Positions 54,450 through 64,000 of a stretch of DNA of 64,000 bases are shown here, piece by piece. The notes beneath the pieces are model-generated. The model worked only from the letters and a program-made list of their open reading frames with translations. It searched no databases and was not told the DNA's origin. The stretch is from contig DATDPG010000189.1 of assembly GCA_035292885.1 (NCBI GenBank), forward strand, positions 2,722-66,721, given 5' to 3'. The translations under genes were made by a program, and so were the position numbers. Position 1 is the first letter of the stretch; each line of letters begins with the position of its first letter. The DNA comes from Bdellovibrionota bacterium. GTDB taxonomy: Bacteria; Bdellovibrionota_G; JALEGL01; DATDPG01.

Positions 54450-56446
54450 CGATCGCCCGCAAGAATGCCCGCCTTGGCCACGTAAAGATCCGTTTTCCCG
54501 TCGCCGTCGATGTCCTCAGCCGCGACACCCGTGCTCTTCCACGGGAGTGCATTGTCCAGCGGTGAGGGAAGCCGTGCTCTGAACGATCCCCCTTTTTCAT
54601 TCATCAGGAGAAGATCGGGTTCGAAATGGTCTATTTCCATCCCGCCGCAGGCGAGATAGAGATCGGGATATCCATCCCCGTTGAAGTCGCCTGCCGCGGC
54701 TTCCATAACGTCCGCCCCGATATCCGGCAAAAATTGGTTCGCGTTTACAAACCTTCCGTGTGCAACCTGACGGAAAAGCGCCATGTGAACGGGTGAAGTT
54801 CCCGCGTTTCCCGTGAATCGGGAACGGAGTAGTTCCTCGTTTTTCCCATATGCGGATACGAAAAGATCGATACGGCCGTCCCGGTCGAAATCGAGAAAAG
54901 CGGATGAAAGTCCGGTGGGTGCGTTTTGAAGGCCGGCGGATTCCGTAAGATCGACGAACCCGCGGCCGGTTTTGTACGTAAGGAGGTGTCCATGTTGTTT
55001 CCAAAACGAGACGAACAGTTCGGTAGTTCCGTCGCCGTGCAGATCCGCCGACGCGATCCCGACCACCGGAGCCGTCCACGAAGGAAGTTGGGAGGACGGA
55101 AGCCGCGAAAAACGACGGCCCGTGTTGATCCAAACGGCCAGCGTGGAACCTTGTTCCGGCCGAGTCAGGCCCAGAACCAAGTCGGCGCGCCCGTCGGCAT
55201 TGACATCCACGAGTTTTGCCGTCGCCGTGGCGCGTGCGCCGGCGATTCCCCACACTTGGGTTCCATCTTCAAATTCACCGTTACGTGAAAGAAGGAGCCG
55301 GTCGGCGGCTGTACCGTTCCATCCGGCTCCCACCACGTATAAATCCGCGTGTCCGTCACCGTCCACATCCCCGGGAACGATGGCGAACGCGGGACGAACG
55401 GGATCGCCTCCCCTCGGCGACAGCGGTTTGGGATGTGACCATTCGCCCCCGCCTTTATTCGTATAGACAGAGGCCGGGGATCCTCCGATCACAAGATCGA
55501 TTTTTGAGTCACCGTGTACATCCACCCAAGTTCCACGCGATCCGGCGGCGGAAATCTTTCGGACGGAAAAGAGTTGAGCCGCCGGCGGAAGAAACGGGCC
55601 TTTCAAGAACATCCAATCGGAAACGACGTCCGGATTTCCCGGCGGCCGGCCGAGGCGATTTAAGGCGAAAAGATCTCGAATGGTCCGTGAATCGAGAAGA
55701 TCGAATTCTTTTCCCGTCGACAGTGTGTCCCCCTCGCTTAACACATTCCGAATCGGTTTTTCTCCACGGCATCGGGTGAGCGCTTTCGCGAAGGAACGCC
55801 GGGCCGAATTGACATCGCCCCGGGCAAGCGAGAGCAGTCCAAGCAGGTGACTGGCCTCGAAGCCGTTCGGATTCCGCTTCTCCGCGATGGCGGCGGCGGC
55901 TTGGGCGTCTTCCCACTCCCCTCGTTGAATATGGAGACGGGCCAGGCGTACAAAGGGTCCGGAATCCTCGGGGTTGTAACGAAATCCGGTCTCGAAATCG
56001 GAGAGGGCACGCTCAAGATCCAGGGGGGCGCCGGGTTCCGGTGTCGACCGAAGAACGCCCAGTTGAAAAAAGACGCGAGCGTTGCGCGTGTCCGTTTCAC
56101 GAATCCGGTCCAAGGCGGAAAGGGCGAGATCGTATTTCCCTTCTCCGGAATAAAGTTCTGCGAGGGCAAAAAAAGCGTTTTCATGTTGAGGGTCGAGCGA
56201 GACAACCTTTTCAAAGAGATCGATCGCTCGTTCGGATTCGCCTGCCTGCTGTGCCTTCTGTGCCTCGCGATAGAACGCCCAAAGCTTCTGGATTCTTGAT
56301 TTCTCCGTTTCCGACAAGGAGGATTTTTCGGGAATACGGAGCGCCTCAGGAGGTCGATTGAAGAGCTTCACCGCTATCGTAAGCGCGGCGACGCCAACGC
56401 CTCCGGCCAAAAGAAGTTTCATTCCGGCGGTCTTGGAGACGGTCAT
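54407..56446 (-). CDS. TPR + FG-GAP/VCBS repeat protein
   Basis: N-terminal TM segment, TPR-like repeats, then 'GDVDGDGHADL', 'VDVNADGRADL', 'DFDRDGRIDL', 'EDIDGDGKTDL'. Confidence 0.7.
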   Translation of the reverse strand: MTVSKTAGMKLLLAGGVGVAALTIAVKLFNRPPEALRIPEKSSLSETEKSRIQKLWAFYREAQKAQQAGESERAIDLFEKVVSLDPQHENAFFALAELYSGEGKYDLALSALDRIRETDTRNARVFFQLGVLRSTPEPGAPLDLERALSDFETGFRYNPEDSGPFVRLARLHIQRGEWEDAQAAAAIAEKRNPNGFEASHLLGLLSLARGDVNSARRSFAKALTRCRGEKPIRNVLSEGDTLSTGKEFDLLDSRTIRDLFALNRLGRPPGNPDVVSDWMFLKGPFLPPAAQLFSVRKISAAGSRGTWVDVHGDSKIDLVIGGSPASVYTNKGGGEWSHPKPLSPRGGDPVRPAFAIVPGDVDGDGHADLYVVGAGWNGTAADRLLLSRNGEFEDGTQVWGIAGARATATAKLVDVNADGRADLVLGLTRPEQGSTLAVWINTGRRFSRLPSSQLPSWTAPVVGIASADLHGDGTTELFVSFWKQHGHLLTYKTGRGFVDLTESAGLQNAPTGLSSAFLDFDRDGRIDLFVSAYGKNEELLRSRFTGNAGTSPVHMALFRQVAHGRFVNANQFLPDIGADVMEAAAGDFNGDGYPDLYLACGGMEIDHFEPDLLLMNEKGGSFRARLPSPLDNALPWKSTGVAAEDIDGDGKTDLYVAKAGILAGDRWPGLVLATRRNTN

Positions 56447-58236
56447 TTCGCGCTACCTTTGAGTTCCGTTCGTCCGTATTCCACGACCGTCATACGATCG
56501 ATGGGAACCTGGCTCCACTTCTGTGTTGGCCCATGAGGCCAGGTGACCTCCAGCGATTCGATCGTTGTCGTGGAACCGAGACCGAAATGGAGGTCGGGGC
56601 TGTGTTGGCTCAAATACGACGGGCTGGTTCCCGCTTCGCGCAATGCCGTTCGCCCGTTTGCAGAAAGCCGGACCCTCGCGCCGGTTCCCGTCGGATTCCC
56701 TTTCGGCCCATGCAGGCGAACGGTCAGCCAATGGTTTTGAGTTTTCGTCTCGTTGTGAAGGAGCATCGCCGGTCCGTGGTTGCGTGTAACCAGGAGATCC
56801 AGCAAGCCGTCGTTGTCGTAATCGGCCACGGCGAGCCCCCGGCCGACGTTCGGCTCCGTAAAAGCGGGTCCCGCGATGTCGCCGATATCAAAAAACCCCT
56901 CCGCCCCTTTCTTCCAGAAGAGAAAATTCTTTTGCGGAACAAGCTGGGTCGGGTCGGCCGAATCCTGCAGCGTGCTTCCGTTGACCACCGCGACGTCCAG
57001 TTCGCCGTTGTTGTCCATGTCGAAAAACTCCGCTCCCCATCCCACGAACGGAAGGGCGACCGCGCCAAGGCCGACCATGTCGGCGATATCGGTGAAATGG
57101 AGCTCCTTCCCCCCGTTCTCCAAGAGCAGATTCCGGTAGAGGCTGTTTTCCTGCCCAAGCCAATGAGAAATAAAAACGTCCAGATCCCCGTCAAAATCGA
57201 CATCCCCGATCGCGAGCCCCATCGATCCGCGATATTCGGCGATCCATGCCTGCGCGCCTCGATTGACAAACTTTCTTCCCCGTTCGTTGAGAAAGAGGGC
57301 GCTCGCGGAGATATCGTTGGCGATATAGATATCGGGCCAGCCGTTGTTATCGAGGTCGGCGGAAGAGGCGGAGAGCGAGCGCCCCGTCGGATTATCGACG
57401 CCAAGCTTACGGGCGATTTCCGTGAACGTTCCGTCGTGATTGTTCCGGAAGAAGAGATTGCGCGCCGGTTTGTACGATGAAGGATTGATCGTGAACGGCA
57501 GCGAGTATCCCCACTGCGACGACCCCCGCTTATAATCGTTCGGGTCGAAGACGAACTCGACGTAGTTGGTGACATAGATGTCCAGCCATCCATCGCCGTC
57601 AAAATCGTTCCAGATCGCGGTAGCGCCGAAGCCGCCCCCCTTCACCCCCGTACGGGCGGTCACGTCGGTAAAACGGCCGTTTCCGTCATTGTGGAAGAGA
57701 ACATTTCCCCCGACATTTGTGACGTATAGGTCGGGATATCCGTCGGCATCGTAATCACCCCATGCCACGCCCATTCCAAACGCTCGAAGATCGACGCCCG
57801 CCTTCTGAGCCATATCGGTGAACGTTCCATCGCCGTTGTTGTGGTAAAGCGCATTGGCGGGCATATCCGGCGTGACATGAAAATCGGGAGACCACGGCCC
57901 GGCGTGGTTCACAATGTAGAGGTCCAAATTGCCGTCATTGTCGTAGTCCCCCCATGCCGCGCCTGAACCCATATCTTCCGGAAGCATGGAGGTGCGCTTT
58001 CCATTCGAATGGACAAAGCCGATCCCGGCTCTCCTTGCGACGTCCGTGAAGCGGACATCGGGGACGCCGGGCGGAAGATCCCTTTTAAGTTTGTCACTTA
58101 CGCCTTCCACAGGTTGATCGGGCACCAGCGGCTTGCCCCTGCGAAGCCGCAGATTTGCACTCACAAAAAGAGCGCTTCCCAGAATGATTACGCCCACAAT
58201 CATCCAGGCGTTACGCAGACGTTTCTTCCGGCTCAT
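56443..58236 (-). CDS. CRTAC1-family FG-GAP/VCBS + ASPIC/UnbV protein
   Basis: 'GDYDNDGNLDL', 'GDYDADGYPDL' and similar repeats, plus 'HWLTVRLHGPKGNPTGTGARVRL...LEVTWPHG'. 4-nt overlaps on both sides. Confidence 0.8.
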   Translation of the reverse strand: MSRKKRLRNAWMIVGVIILGSALFVSANLRLRRGKPLVPDQPVEGVSDKLKRDLPPGVPDVRFTDVARRAGIGFVHSNGKRTSMLPEDMGSGAAWGDYDNDGNLDLYIVNHAGPWSPDFHVTPDMPANALYHNNGDGTFTDMAQKAGVDLRAFGMGVAWGDYDADGYPDLYVTNVGGNVLFHNDGNGRFTDVTARTGVKGGGFGATAIWNDFDGDGWLDIYVTNYVEFVFDPNDYKRGSSQWGYSLPFTINPSSYKPARNLFFRNNHDGTFTEIARKLGVDNPTGRSLSASSADLDNNGWPDIYIANDISASALFLNERGRKFVNRGAQAWIAEYRGSMGLAIGDVDFDGDLDVFISHWLGQENSLYRNLLLENGGKELHFTDIADMVGLGAVALPFVGWGAEFFDMDNNGELDVAVVNGSTLQDSADPTQLVPQKNFLFWKKGAEGFFDIGDIAGPAFTEPNVGRGLAVADYDNDGLLDLLVTRNHGPAMLLHNETKTQNHWLTVRLHGPKGNPTGTGARVRLSANGRTALREAGTSPSYLSQHSPDLHFGLGSTTTIESLEVTWPHGPTQKWSQVPIDRMTVVEYGRTELKGSAK

Positions 58237-60335
58237 TTCCTGGCTGAAGTTGCCGCCAAGAGGACCGGAATGCTTTGCTCCACTTGGCTCATGTCCGTGA
58301 CCGGCGCCGTCACCTTCGCTTCGGGACCCAACGCGTAATTCAAAAGGAATTGATCCACCTTGCGGTAACGCACTTTCGCCGAAATCCGGAGTTGGCCGGC
58401 CGTAGCCGGCACAACCATTTTGTGGGTCTCATCAGAGGGAGAGTGCCGGGATGCGCCTTTCAAGCGCGGCATGTCGGGACAGAGAAAACGGTACTCCGCC
58501 GCATCCGTGAACCCGGGAAAGAGGGATCGCCGGAAACGGGCGCCGATCATTTCCCAAAGATTGTGGCGGTCGATCAGATTTCCGAACTTGTCGATCCCTT
58601 CCGCCTTGAACAAGAAGACCTCTTTGGGAAGAAAATGGTTCGCGTCGAGCCGGCCGGACTCGTAGATCACGCGGCCGGAATCGTCGATGACTTCCGTTTC
58701 GACCCAGGCCTGGATAATGTCCAGCGGCCCGGTGGGGAAGTCATGGCCGACCTTGTTCGAATGGACCACCACCTTATAGACGAACTCCGATCCGGTGTGA
58801 GCGACTTCGGGGGCCTCAATCTTCAAATCGACCGCGGCGCCGTTGGCCCATTTCTTTTCGATTTCGTGAATCGGGACTTTCCCTTGGAGCCAGCTCTCGA
58901 TGAGAGCCGCGTGTTTCTCCCAACCGGGAAGCTTGAGCATTCCGGGAACGAACTGGTTCGCACCGAGGAAACGATGTGACCGGTGCTTGCCGTCACTCGG
59001 GCTCCGATTGTAATCCGCGGAATCCCCGCTCGCCGGATCTCCGGAATGCTCGGCCAGAGGCATGTGGCATTCGCGGCAAGTAATCACGTCGTTTCCGGTG
59101 CGCCCGGTGCTCCAGTGGCTGGCTTTCCAGTTATCGTACTGGTTCTGCAGTTGAACCCAGCCGACCTTGTTGATCTCCTGGTCGATGAACTGTTTGTGGC
59201 AGGCGGCGCAATACTCCGGAGTTTTATAAAATGGGCGGGAATAACTGCCGATATGGTGATCCGGGTAGGCTCGGATAAGGAAATTCGCGAGGAAACGGTT
59301 CGTTTTTCCTTCCTTCAACTCAAAAGCGTATCGCTTCTGTTCGGCGATGACGTAATCGGCGTTCCCTTTCACGTCGGTCTTCTCAATCGAATGGCAGACC
59401 AAGCACGAGACCCCTTCGTTCGCTCCGTAGGAAGTCAAGTCTTTTTCGTAAATGTTCTTGCTTCCTGAAAAGAGAGCGACGGGATCGTGGCATCCCGCGC
59501 AATAGCGGGTCGATTCCGCCCCTTCGTTTTTCGCCATCACTTTCTGAATGATCTGGAACAGAGGGTCCATCGAGGAGTAACGATGGGCGCTCGGAATCCA
59601 CTCTTTGACGACCTCGACATGGCAGCCTGAATCCCCGCAACTCTCCGAATCCGCCAGCGTGCGGGGATGGATCGCGCCGCCGGTAGCCGTGCGTGACAGA
59701 GACGGCGCGAACGGCCGATCCTTCCCGTATCGATAGCTATAGTCCGCGGGAAAATTGAAATGGGTGTCCACCGGCCGGTAAAGCGCAAACGCCCCGAGCC
59801 ACGCCACCAGCATAGCGGCCAGTGCGCCGCCGGTCTTTACAAAAAATACCCTCTGGGCCCCGCGCATTTGAGGGCCCGATTCCATCTCCTCCGTCCGAAG
59901 GTGAGCCACAAGCACGGTCATTACGTGCGTGATGACGAGGGCGAGTGAAGCGAAGCAGGATACGATATGCGTAAGTCTCCACGGATAACCGATCCGCGTC
60001 CCCCACGTGGCTTCCACGGTCAGAACAATTCCTGAAACGCCGCACACGGTGATCGCCACCCAAGTCACGTAGCCGATCAACTTGAAATGCGAGAGGCGCT
60101 GCGAGCGAACCCCCCGCCAATGCGTCCACTGATATACCGCATAAGGCACAAGCCACAGGATGCCAACCACGGTATGAAGCAGCACCGCGAACTGGTTGGA
60201 AAGAGAAAACGGCCCGAAGTAAATCAGGAGACCGGTCAGTGATTCGAACGCGAACAGGCCGGTGACGAAGGAAACAAGAGCTTTTTTCCATTCGGCGGCC
60301 GCGCTTCTCGTTTCGTTTCTGGATGATTTGTCCAT
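58233..60335 (-). CDS. Membrane-anchored multihaem cytochrome c
   Basis: About 5 N-terminal TM helices. Haem sites CAGCH, CLVCH, CAACH, CRECH, plus CGDSGCH (CX4CH). Confidence 0.8.
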   Translation of the reverse strand: MDKSSRNETRSAAAEWKKALVSFVTGLFAFESLTGLLIYFGPFSLSNQFAVLLHTVVGILWLVPYAVYQWTHWRGVRSQRLSHFKLIGYVTWVAITVCGVSGIVLTVEATWGTRIGYPWRLTHIVSCFASLALVITHVMTVLVAHLRTEEMESGPQMRGAQRVFFVKTGGALAAMLVAWLGAFALYRPVDTHFNFPADYSYRYGKDRPFAPSLSRTATGGAIHPRTLADSESCGDSGCHVEVVKEWIPSAHRYSSMDPLFQIIQKVMAKNEGAESTRYCAGCHDPVALFSGSKNIYEKDLTSYGANEGVSCLVCHSIEKTDVKGNADYVIAEQKRYAFELKEGKTNRFLANFLIRAYPDHHIGSYSRPFYKTPEYCAACHKQFIDQEINKVGWVQLQNQYDNWKASHWSTGRTGNDVITCRECHMPLAEHSGDPASGDSADYNRSPSDGKHRSHRFLGANQFVPGMLKLPGWEKHAALIESWLQGKVPIHEIEKKWANGAAVDLKIEAPEVAHTGSEFVYKVVVHSNKVGHDFPTGPLDIIQAWVETEVIDDSGRVIYESGRLDANHFLPKEVFLFKAEGIDKFGNLIDRHNLWEMIGARFRRSLFPGFTDAAEYRFLCPDMPRLKGASRHSPSDETHKMVVPATAGQLRISAKVRYRKVDQFLLNYALGPEAKVTAPVTDMSQVEQSIPVLLAATSARK

Positions 60336-60448
60336 TTCACAAGGTTTTGGGCGTGAGATTTATCCAGCAACGATCTTCCCGATAACCGGGAGCGCCATGA
60401 TTTAGATCATTATTGGAACCGGTATGAGGCCGGCGGAAGCGACAAGAC

Positions 60449-60943
60449 TCAATGAAACCGCATTCCGAGGGCGATGAGCCAGTCGAACGTAACCGGTGTG
60501 CCGGGGGTTCCCGCCGGCGTGATGAATATGTTGGCATCCGTGCTGAATTCGAATCGATCTCCCAACGGAAATTTCACCCCCGTGCTAAAACGCAGATCCA
60601 ACGCGTTCTCGGTTTTATACACGCCGTAACCCGCTCCAAATATTCCGTAGAGCGCCGCGGGGCCGATGTAGAGATAGTCGTACCGAACGGCGGGAATCAA
60701 TTGAAACCGAAACTCGTCGCTGATTCCGAACGACGCCATCATGTTAAATCCCAGGTTGTAACCGAAGTCGTAGTCGAACTCGGCGCCGATCCGACCCTGG
60801 TTTTCCCAGTCTTGAAGATTGAAGGAGGGTCCCGCTTTCACCCGAAGGCTGTAATCGCCGGGACCGGCGAACGCCGGCACGAACGCAACCAGCGTGGAAA
60901 CAAAGAAAAGGACGAGCCCGAACGCTCGACGAATCTCCCTCAT
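60449..60943 (-). CDS. Small outer-membrane beta-barrel protein (OmpA-beta/OmpW-like fold)
   Basis: The start was set to 'MREIRRAFGLVLFFVSTLVAFVPAFA' (signal peptide). It has alternating beta-strand periodicity and a C-terminal 'ALGMRFH'. Confidence 0.45.
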   Translation of the reverse strand: MREIRRAFGLVLFFVSTLVAFVPAFAGPGDYSLRVKAGPSFNLQDWENQGRIGAEFDYDFGYNLGFNMMASFGISDEFRFQLIPAVRYDYLYIGPAALYGIFGAGYGVYKTENALDLRFSTGVKFPLGDRFEFSTDANIFITPAGTPGTPVTFDWLIALGMRFH

Positions 60944-61160
60944 AAAGACCATCCTACTCAAATGATACGATGCGGCAACCCCAAAAAGCGTTTTCGGTGA
61001 GATTCCGCCTTTTTTCGTGATAAGAGCTTCCAGCGTCGCCACCAACGTTTCTTTCCTTTCCGATCTCGTTTGAAATAAACTAATTCTATCGTGATCCGGA
61101 CTACCGCCAAGAGAGGGAGACGAGGTTCGCCTGAGGGAGTGCCAGGCATTTCAACGTTCG

Positions 61161-62933
61161 ATGGGTAAAGAACGCCGCAAGTTATCCAGAATCAGCCGAC
61201 GGGCCCGAATTCACTTTAAGACCGAGAAGATTTCGGGCCAAGGCACCGTCGTGAATCTTTCCGAGTCCGGCCTGTTTATTCGAACGAGCCGCCTGGTACC
61301 CGTCGGCAGTCAGATCATGATTCCCGTGCGACTCGCCGACAACCGCGTCGTGGACCTCGAAGGCCACGTCGCATGGAGTTATGAGCTGGCCGAAGGGGGG
61401 GACTTTTTTGGAGAGAGCGCCGGGATGGGCATCGAACTCTCGGCCGCGCCGGAAGAATACCTTCGATTCATCGCAAAGATGCGAACTCAGCTTGAGGTCG
61501 CTCCTCGCGGCGTGGAAGAGCGGTTTGAAATATTTCACCGCGTCCGCTTCCAAAGCGGCCAGGAATTTCTCATGGAGTACACCCAAAACCTGAGCCGCGG
61601 GGGAATGTATTTGGCGACCAAGCAACCCCTCGAACCCGGGAGCGAAATTCGGGCTCAGCTTGAAATCCCCGGAATCCAGGAATCTCTCCACGTCGTCGGA
61701 AAGGTGGCGTACCGTTTGGATCCGAAAAAAGCGAAGGAAGTGGGACGAACCGCCGGCTATGGAATTCAGTTCATCAACCTGGATTCGGAAACCAAGGCGA
61801 AACTCCATCACTACATTCATCGATTGGAAATCCACCGGGCGCACCCCGAACGGCGGCAGGTCGGTACGTTGCCGAGACAGGGAATGCTGACGGAATACCT
61901 TGTGCCTGAAATCTTGTTGAGCCTTTTGGAACAACAAGCCACCGGCACGCTTCTTTTGAAAAGAGCCGACATACATAAATTGGTCTACATGAGAAACGGG
62001 CATCCTTTTTTTGTGGAGTCCTCCCTCCCCTCGGAACGCCTGGGACCGTTCTTGGTGAAGAAGGGGAAGATCGCGCCGGCCGACCTGGCTCAATCGCTGG
62101 AGGAATTGGCCGAGAGCGACATCCACCATGGAGAAATCATGGTGGCCGGCGGTATGCTCGATGCTCCGGTTCTGGCGGCGATTCTCGTGGAACACCAGGA
62201 GGAAAAACTTCTCGGCACGTTTCCATGGTTCGAGGGAACTTTCGAATTCACGCCCGGCACAGACTGGCCCAGGGGCATCCTGATGGTTCCGCTGAACACG
62301 TACCAGATCGTTTTTTCGGGAATCGCGCAATGGTATGACGCGACGCTTATCAGCTCCTGGATGGGTCTTGATAATTCGAGCGCGCTCCGCCGCGTAAAAA
62401 TGCCCCCTCCCGATGCCGTCGTTCCGCCCCATATTTTTCGGATTCTTCATGTGGTTTCGACTCCCCAATCGATAGGAAAGCTCACGGCAAGTCTCCAGAT
62501 GTCCCGAGAGAAAGTGATTTCGGCCGCCTATTCCCTGATCATCGCCGGCTGGGCCGTTCTTGACTTCACGGCGCAACCGGATGTCAGTCAACCCGAGTTT
62601 CGCGCAGCTCCGAAGCCGCCGACACCCGCCAATCAAGAAGTTCTCGAACTTCTGAGAAAATGGGTGGCGGAGGATTTCGAGCGGCTGCGACGCCTGGATT
62701 TTTACGAACTGCTCGGCCTGGACGAAAACGCGGCCGACACGGCATTGACAACGGCGTACGAAAAGTGCTCCTCCCGTTATTCCTCCTCGGAAGCGAAGCA
62801 AATTCAGGACGAGGAGATTAAGACAAAGATCGTTCAGATTCGTTCCTGGTTCAAGTTGGCCTACGACACGTTGAAAGACCCGAACCTACGTGAATACGCC
62901 AAAGGCCGCCGCTTAGGCCGCGCGGCTCCATAA
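61161..62933 (+). CDS. Multidomain PilZ-PilZ-DUF4388 protein with a degenerate J-domain-like C-terminus
   Basis: Two PilZ-like segments ('RRARIHFKTEKISGQGTVVNLSESGLFI', 'FHRVRFQSG...TQNLSRGGMYL'). The DUF4388-like region is 'GTLLLKRADIHKLVYMRNGHPFF'. 'DFYELLGLDENA' is present but there is no HPD motif. Confidence 0.6.
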   Translation: MGKERRKLSRISRRARIHFKTEKISGQGTVVNLSESGLFIRTSRLVPVGSQIMIPVRLADNRVVDLEGHVAWSYELAEGGDFFGESAGMGIELSAAPEEYLRFIAKMRTQLEVAPRGVEERFEIFHRVRFQSGQEFLMEYTQNLSRGGMYLATKQPLEPGSEIRAQLEIPGIQESLHVVGKVAYRLDPKKAKEVGRTAGYGIQFINLDSETKAKLHHYIHRLEIHRAHPERRQVGTLPRQGMLTEYLVPEILLSLLEQQATGTLLLKRADIHKLVYMRNGHPFFVESSLPSERLGPFLVKKGKIAPADLAQSLEELAESDIHHGEIMVAGGMLDAPVLAAILVEHQEEKLLGTFPWFEGTFEFTPGTDWPRGILMVPLNTYQIVFSGIAQWYDATLISSWMGLDNSSALRRVKMPPPDAVVPPHIFRILHVVSTPQSIGKLTASLQMSREKVISAAYSLIIAGWAVLDFTAQPDVSQPEFRAAPKPPTPANQEVLELLRKWVAEDFERLRRLDFYELLGLDENAADTALTTAYEKCSSRYSSSEAKQIQDEEIKTKIVQIRSWFKLAYDTLKDPNLREYAKGRRLGRAAP

Positions 62934-63030
62934 CATCGCGTCCCGTCCCGGTGGGTTGAGCCGTCCGATGCGAGGGAAGCGAACCGCGGAGTCTGCCTCG
63001 TCACGAAGACAAAGAGGGGGGAAGGTAAGT

Positions 63031-63999
63031 TTACACGGGACCTTTTGAGGGTGCGTCAACCGGGACGCCGGCTTCCGTTCGACCGAAGCTCAAGACGTGT
63101 GTCGGACAAACGTCGACGCACGCGTTGCAGGCCACGCACTGAGGGTCGCGCATCGGCAAGCCTTGACTTGCAAAGCTCATGACGTCGATTCCCTGGTGGC
63201 AGATGGCCGTACAGTCACCGCAACTGATGCACTTTTCCTTCTTGGCGAAGATCCGGAAGCGGGAGAAACGGGCGTAGATGTTCATGAGCGCGGCGAGCGG
63301 GCAGGCGAAGCGGCACCACATGCGCCCGCTGAACCAAAAGTAGAGACCGACGCCCAAGATTCCGGAAAGGAGAAGATCGACGAACCAGCTGTAGTGGAAG
63401 AACGGAATCTTTAAGAGAAAGAGCCAGTGGAGCCTCTCGAACGCCGAGCCCGGCCAGATCCATCCGCCGACCCGAAGCACGAAGAGAATCATCGCCGCCG
63501 CCAGAATCAGTTGGCCCAGGAAGTTCAGGCGGTTCCAGAAAGGACCGTGCGGCATCTTCGATCGATGGGCGTCTCCCAGCGTCTCGGCGAGAGCGCCGCA
63601 GGAACAGATCCATCCGCAGTACGAGCCCTTTCCCCAGAACCGGATCATCCAGGGAATCAGAACGAAGGTTTGGAGGAAGGAGACGGAGAGCCAGCCCCAC
63701 ATCGGCTTTTCCGTGAAGACGTTCCAGATGAAGAGAGGCCACGCGAGAATGAACCCGTAAGCGCGCCAGTAGGCTCGGTCATATCCCGCAGCGTCATTCG
63801 CCTCGAAAAAAAGGTCGGCGACGCGTCCGCCGAACGTTCCGTGGGTGAACCAGCCGTTGTGGCCGGCCCACGGCAGAAGAATTTCCGGCAGGATAAAGAG
63901 GGCCAGAGCTTGAACGGCGATTAACGTCCAGGTTTGCGCGCGGACGTATGGCGTTCGCGTACGGCGCATCCGCCGCAGGCCGAAAATCAGGATCACCAA
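63031..63999 (-). CDS. NapH/MauN-like polytopic 4Fe-4S ferredoxin-type protein, probably 5'-truncated by the window edge
   Basis: 'CGWICSCGA', 'CRFACP', 'CISCGDCTAICHQG', 'CVACNACVDVCP'. The frame is open to the last in-frame codon of the window, and the tracked start is TTG. Confidence 0.7.
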   Translation of the reverse strand: MVILIFGLRRMRRTRTPYVRAQTWTLIAVQALALFILPEILLPWAGHNGWFTHGTFGGRVADLFFEANDAAGYDRAYWRAYGFILAWPLFIWNVFTEKPMWGWLSVSFLQTFVLIPWMIRFWGKGSYCGWICSCGALAETLGDAHRSKMPHGPFWNRLNFLGQLILAAAMILFVLRVGGWIWPGSAFERLHWLFLLKIPFFHYSWFVDLLLSGILGVGLYFWFSGRMWCRFACPLAALMNIYARFSRFRIFAKKEKCISCGDCTAICHQGIDVMSFASQGLPMRDPQCVACNACVDVCPTHVLSFGRTEAGVPVDAPSKGPV

Positions 64000-64000
64000 T

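Noticed and set aside
56533-57602. 315-aa (+) and 292-aa (-, out-of-frame) ORFs within 56443-58236
   Set aside because: They overlap the well-supported FG-GAP/UnbV reading frame, and their products lack motifs and are Arg/Ser-rich.
61182-62801. 539-aa ORF on the minus strand, almost fully antisense to 61161-62933
   Set aside because: The product is Arg/Gly-rich with no motif, whereas the plus-strand product has recognisable PilZ, DUF4388 and J-like segments. It is a typical shadow ORF of a GC-rich gene.
1-64000. Scan for CRISPR arrays, rRNA/tRNA genes, IS elements, integrases, toxin-antitoxin pairs and retron/DGR-type reverse transcriptases
   Set aside because: No regularly spaced repeats, no cloverleaf-like segments in intergenic regions, and no transposase, integrase or RT motifs in any long ORF. 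The scan was by eye only, so short elements could be missed.

Overview
This 64-kb window appears to come from an uncultivated diderm bacterium, judging by its many lipoprotein signals and outer-membrane beta-barrel genes. I call about 45 protein genes. I saw no rRNA, tRNA, CRISPR array, transposase or integrase. The left edge carries an exopolysaccharide tyrosine-kinase/phosphatase pair. From 2.6 to 23.4 kb there is a dense set of peptide-tailoring-type genes: an RRE-fused radical-SAM/SPASM enzyme, a B12-type radical-SAM enzyme, two paralogous HFCD (EpiD/LanD-like) flavoproteins, a JmjC-cupin and an Asp/Asn-beta-hydroxylase-like oxygenase, an M50-protease::HlyD fusion plus a second HlyD protein, and a protein with a tetrapyrrole-methylase-fold C-terminal domain. 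These genes surround a 38-codon ORF that is absent from the supplied track (19012-19128). It has a strong Shine-Dalgarno site and a perfect hairpin terminator, and its product ends in a single C-terminal Cys. This is my best candidate for an undescribed RiPP system. From 23.4 to 38.8 kb lie a PAPS-synthesis/sulfotransferase/glycosyltransferase module, a TldD/PmbA protease pair, a fused spermidine-synthase-like membrane protein, and an 859-aa protein that looks like a LanB N-terminal (glutamylation or PEARL-type) enzyme. A second small SD-preceded ORF sits next to that last gene. The right half looks like ordinary accessory envelope and redox functions: a tandem-fused DUF1111 di-haem protein, response-regulator and PilZ genes, a roughly 12-kb translationally coupled operon of CRTAC1/ASPIC-UnbV FG-GAP proteins with a multihaem cytochrome c, and a NapH-like ferredoxin truncated at the window end. 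All functional calls rest on motifs read by eye from the translations. No database search was run.
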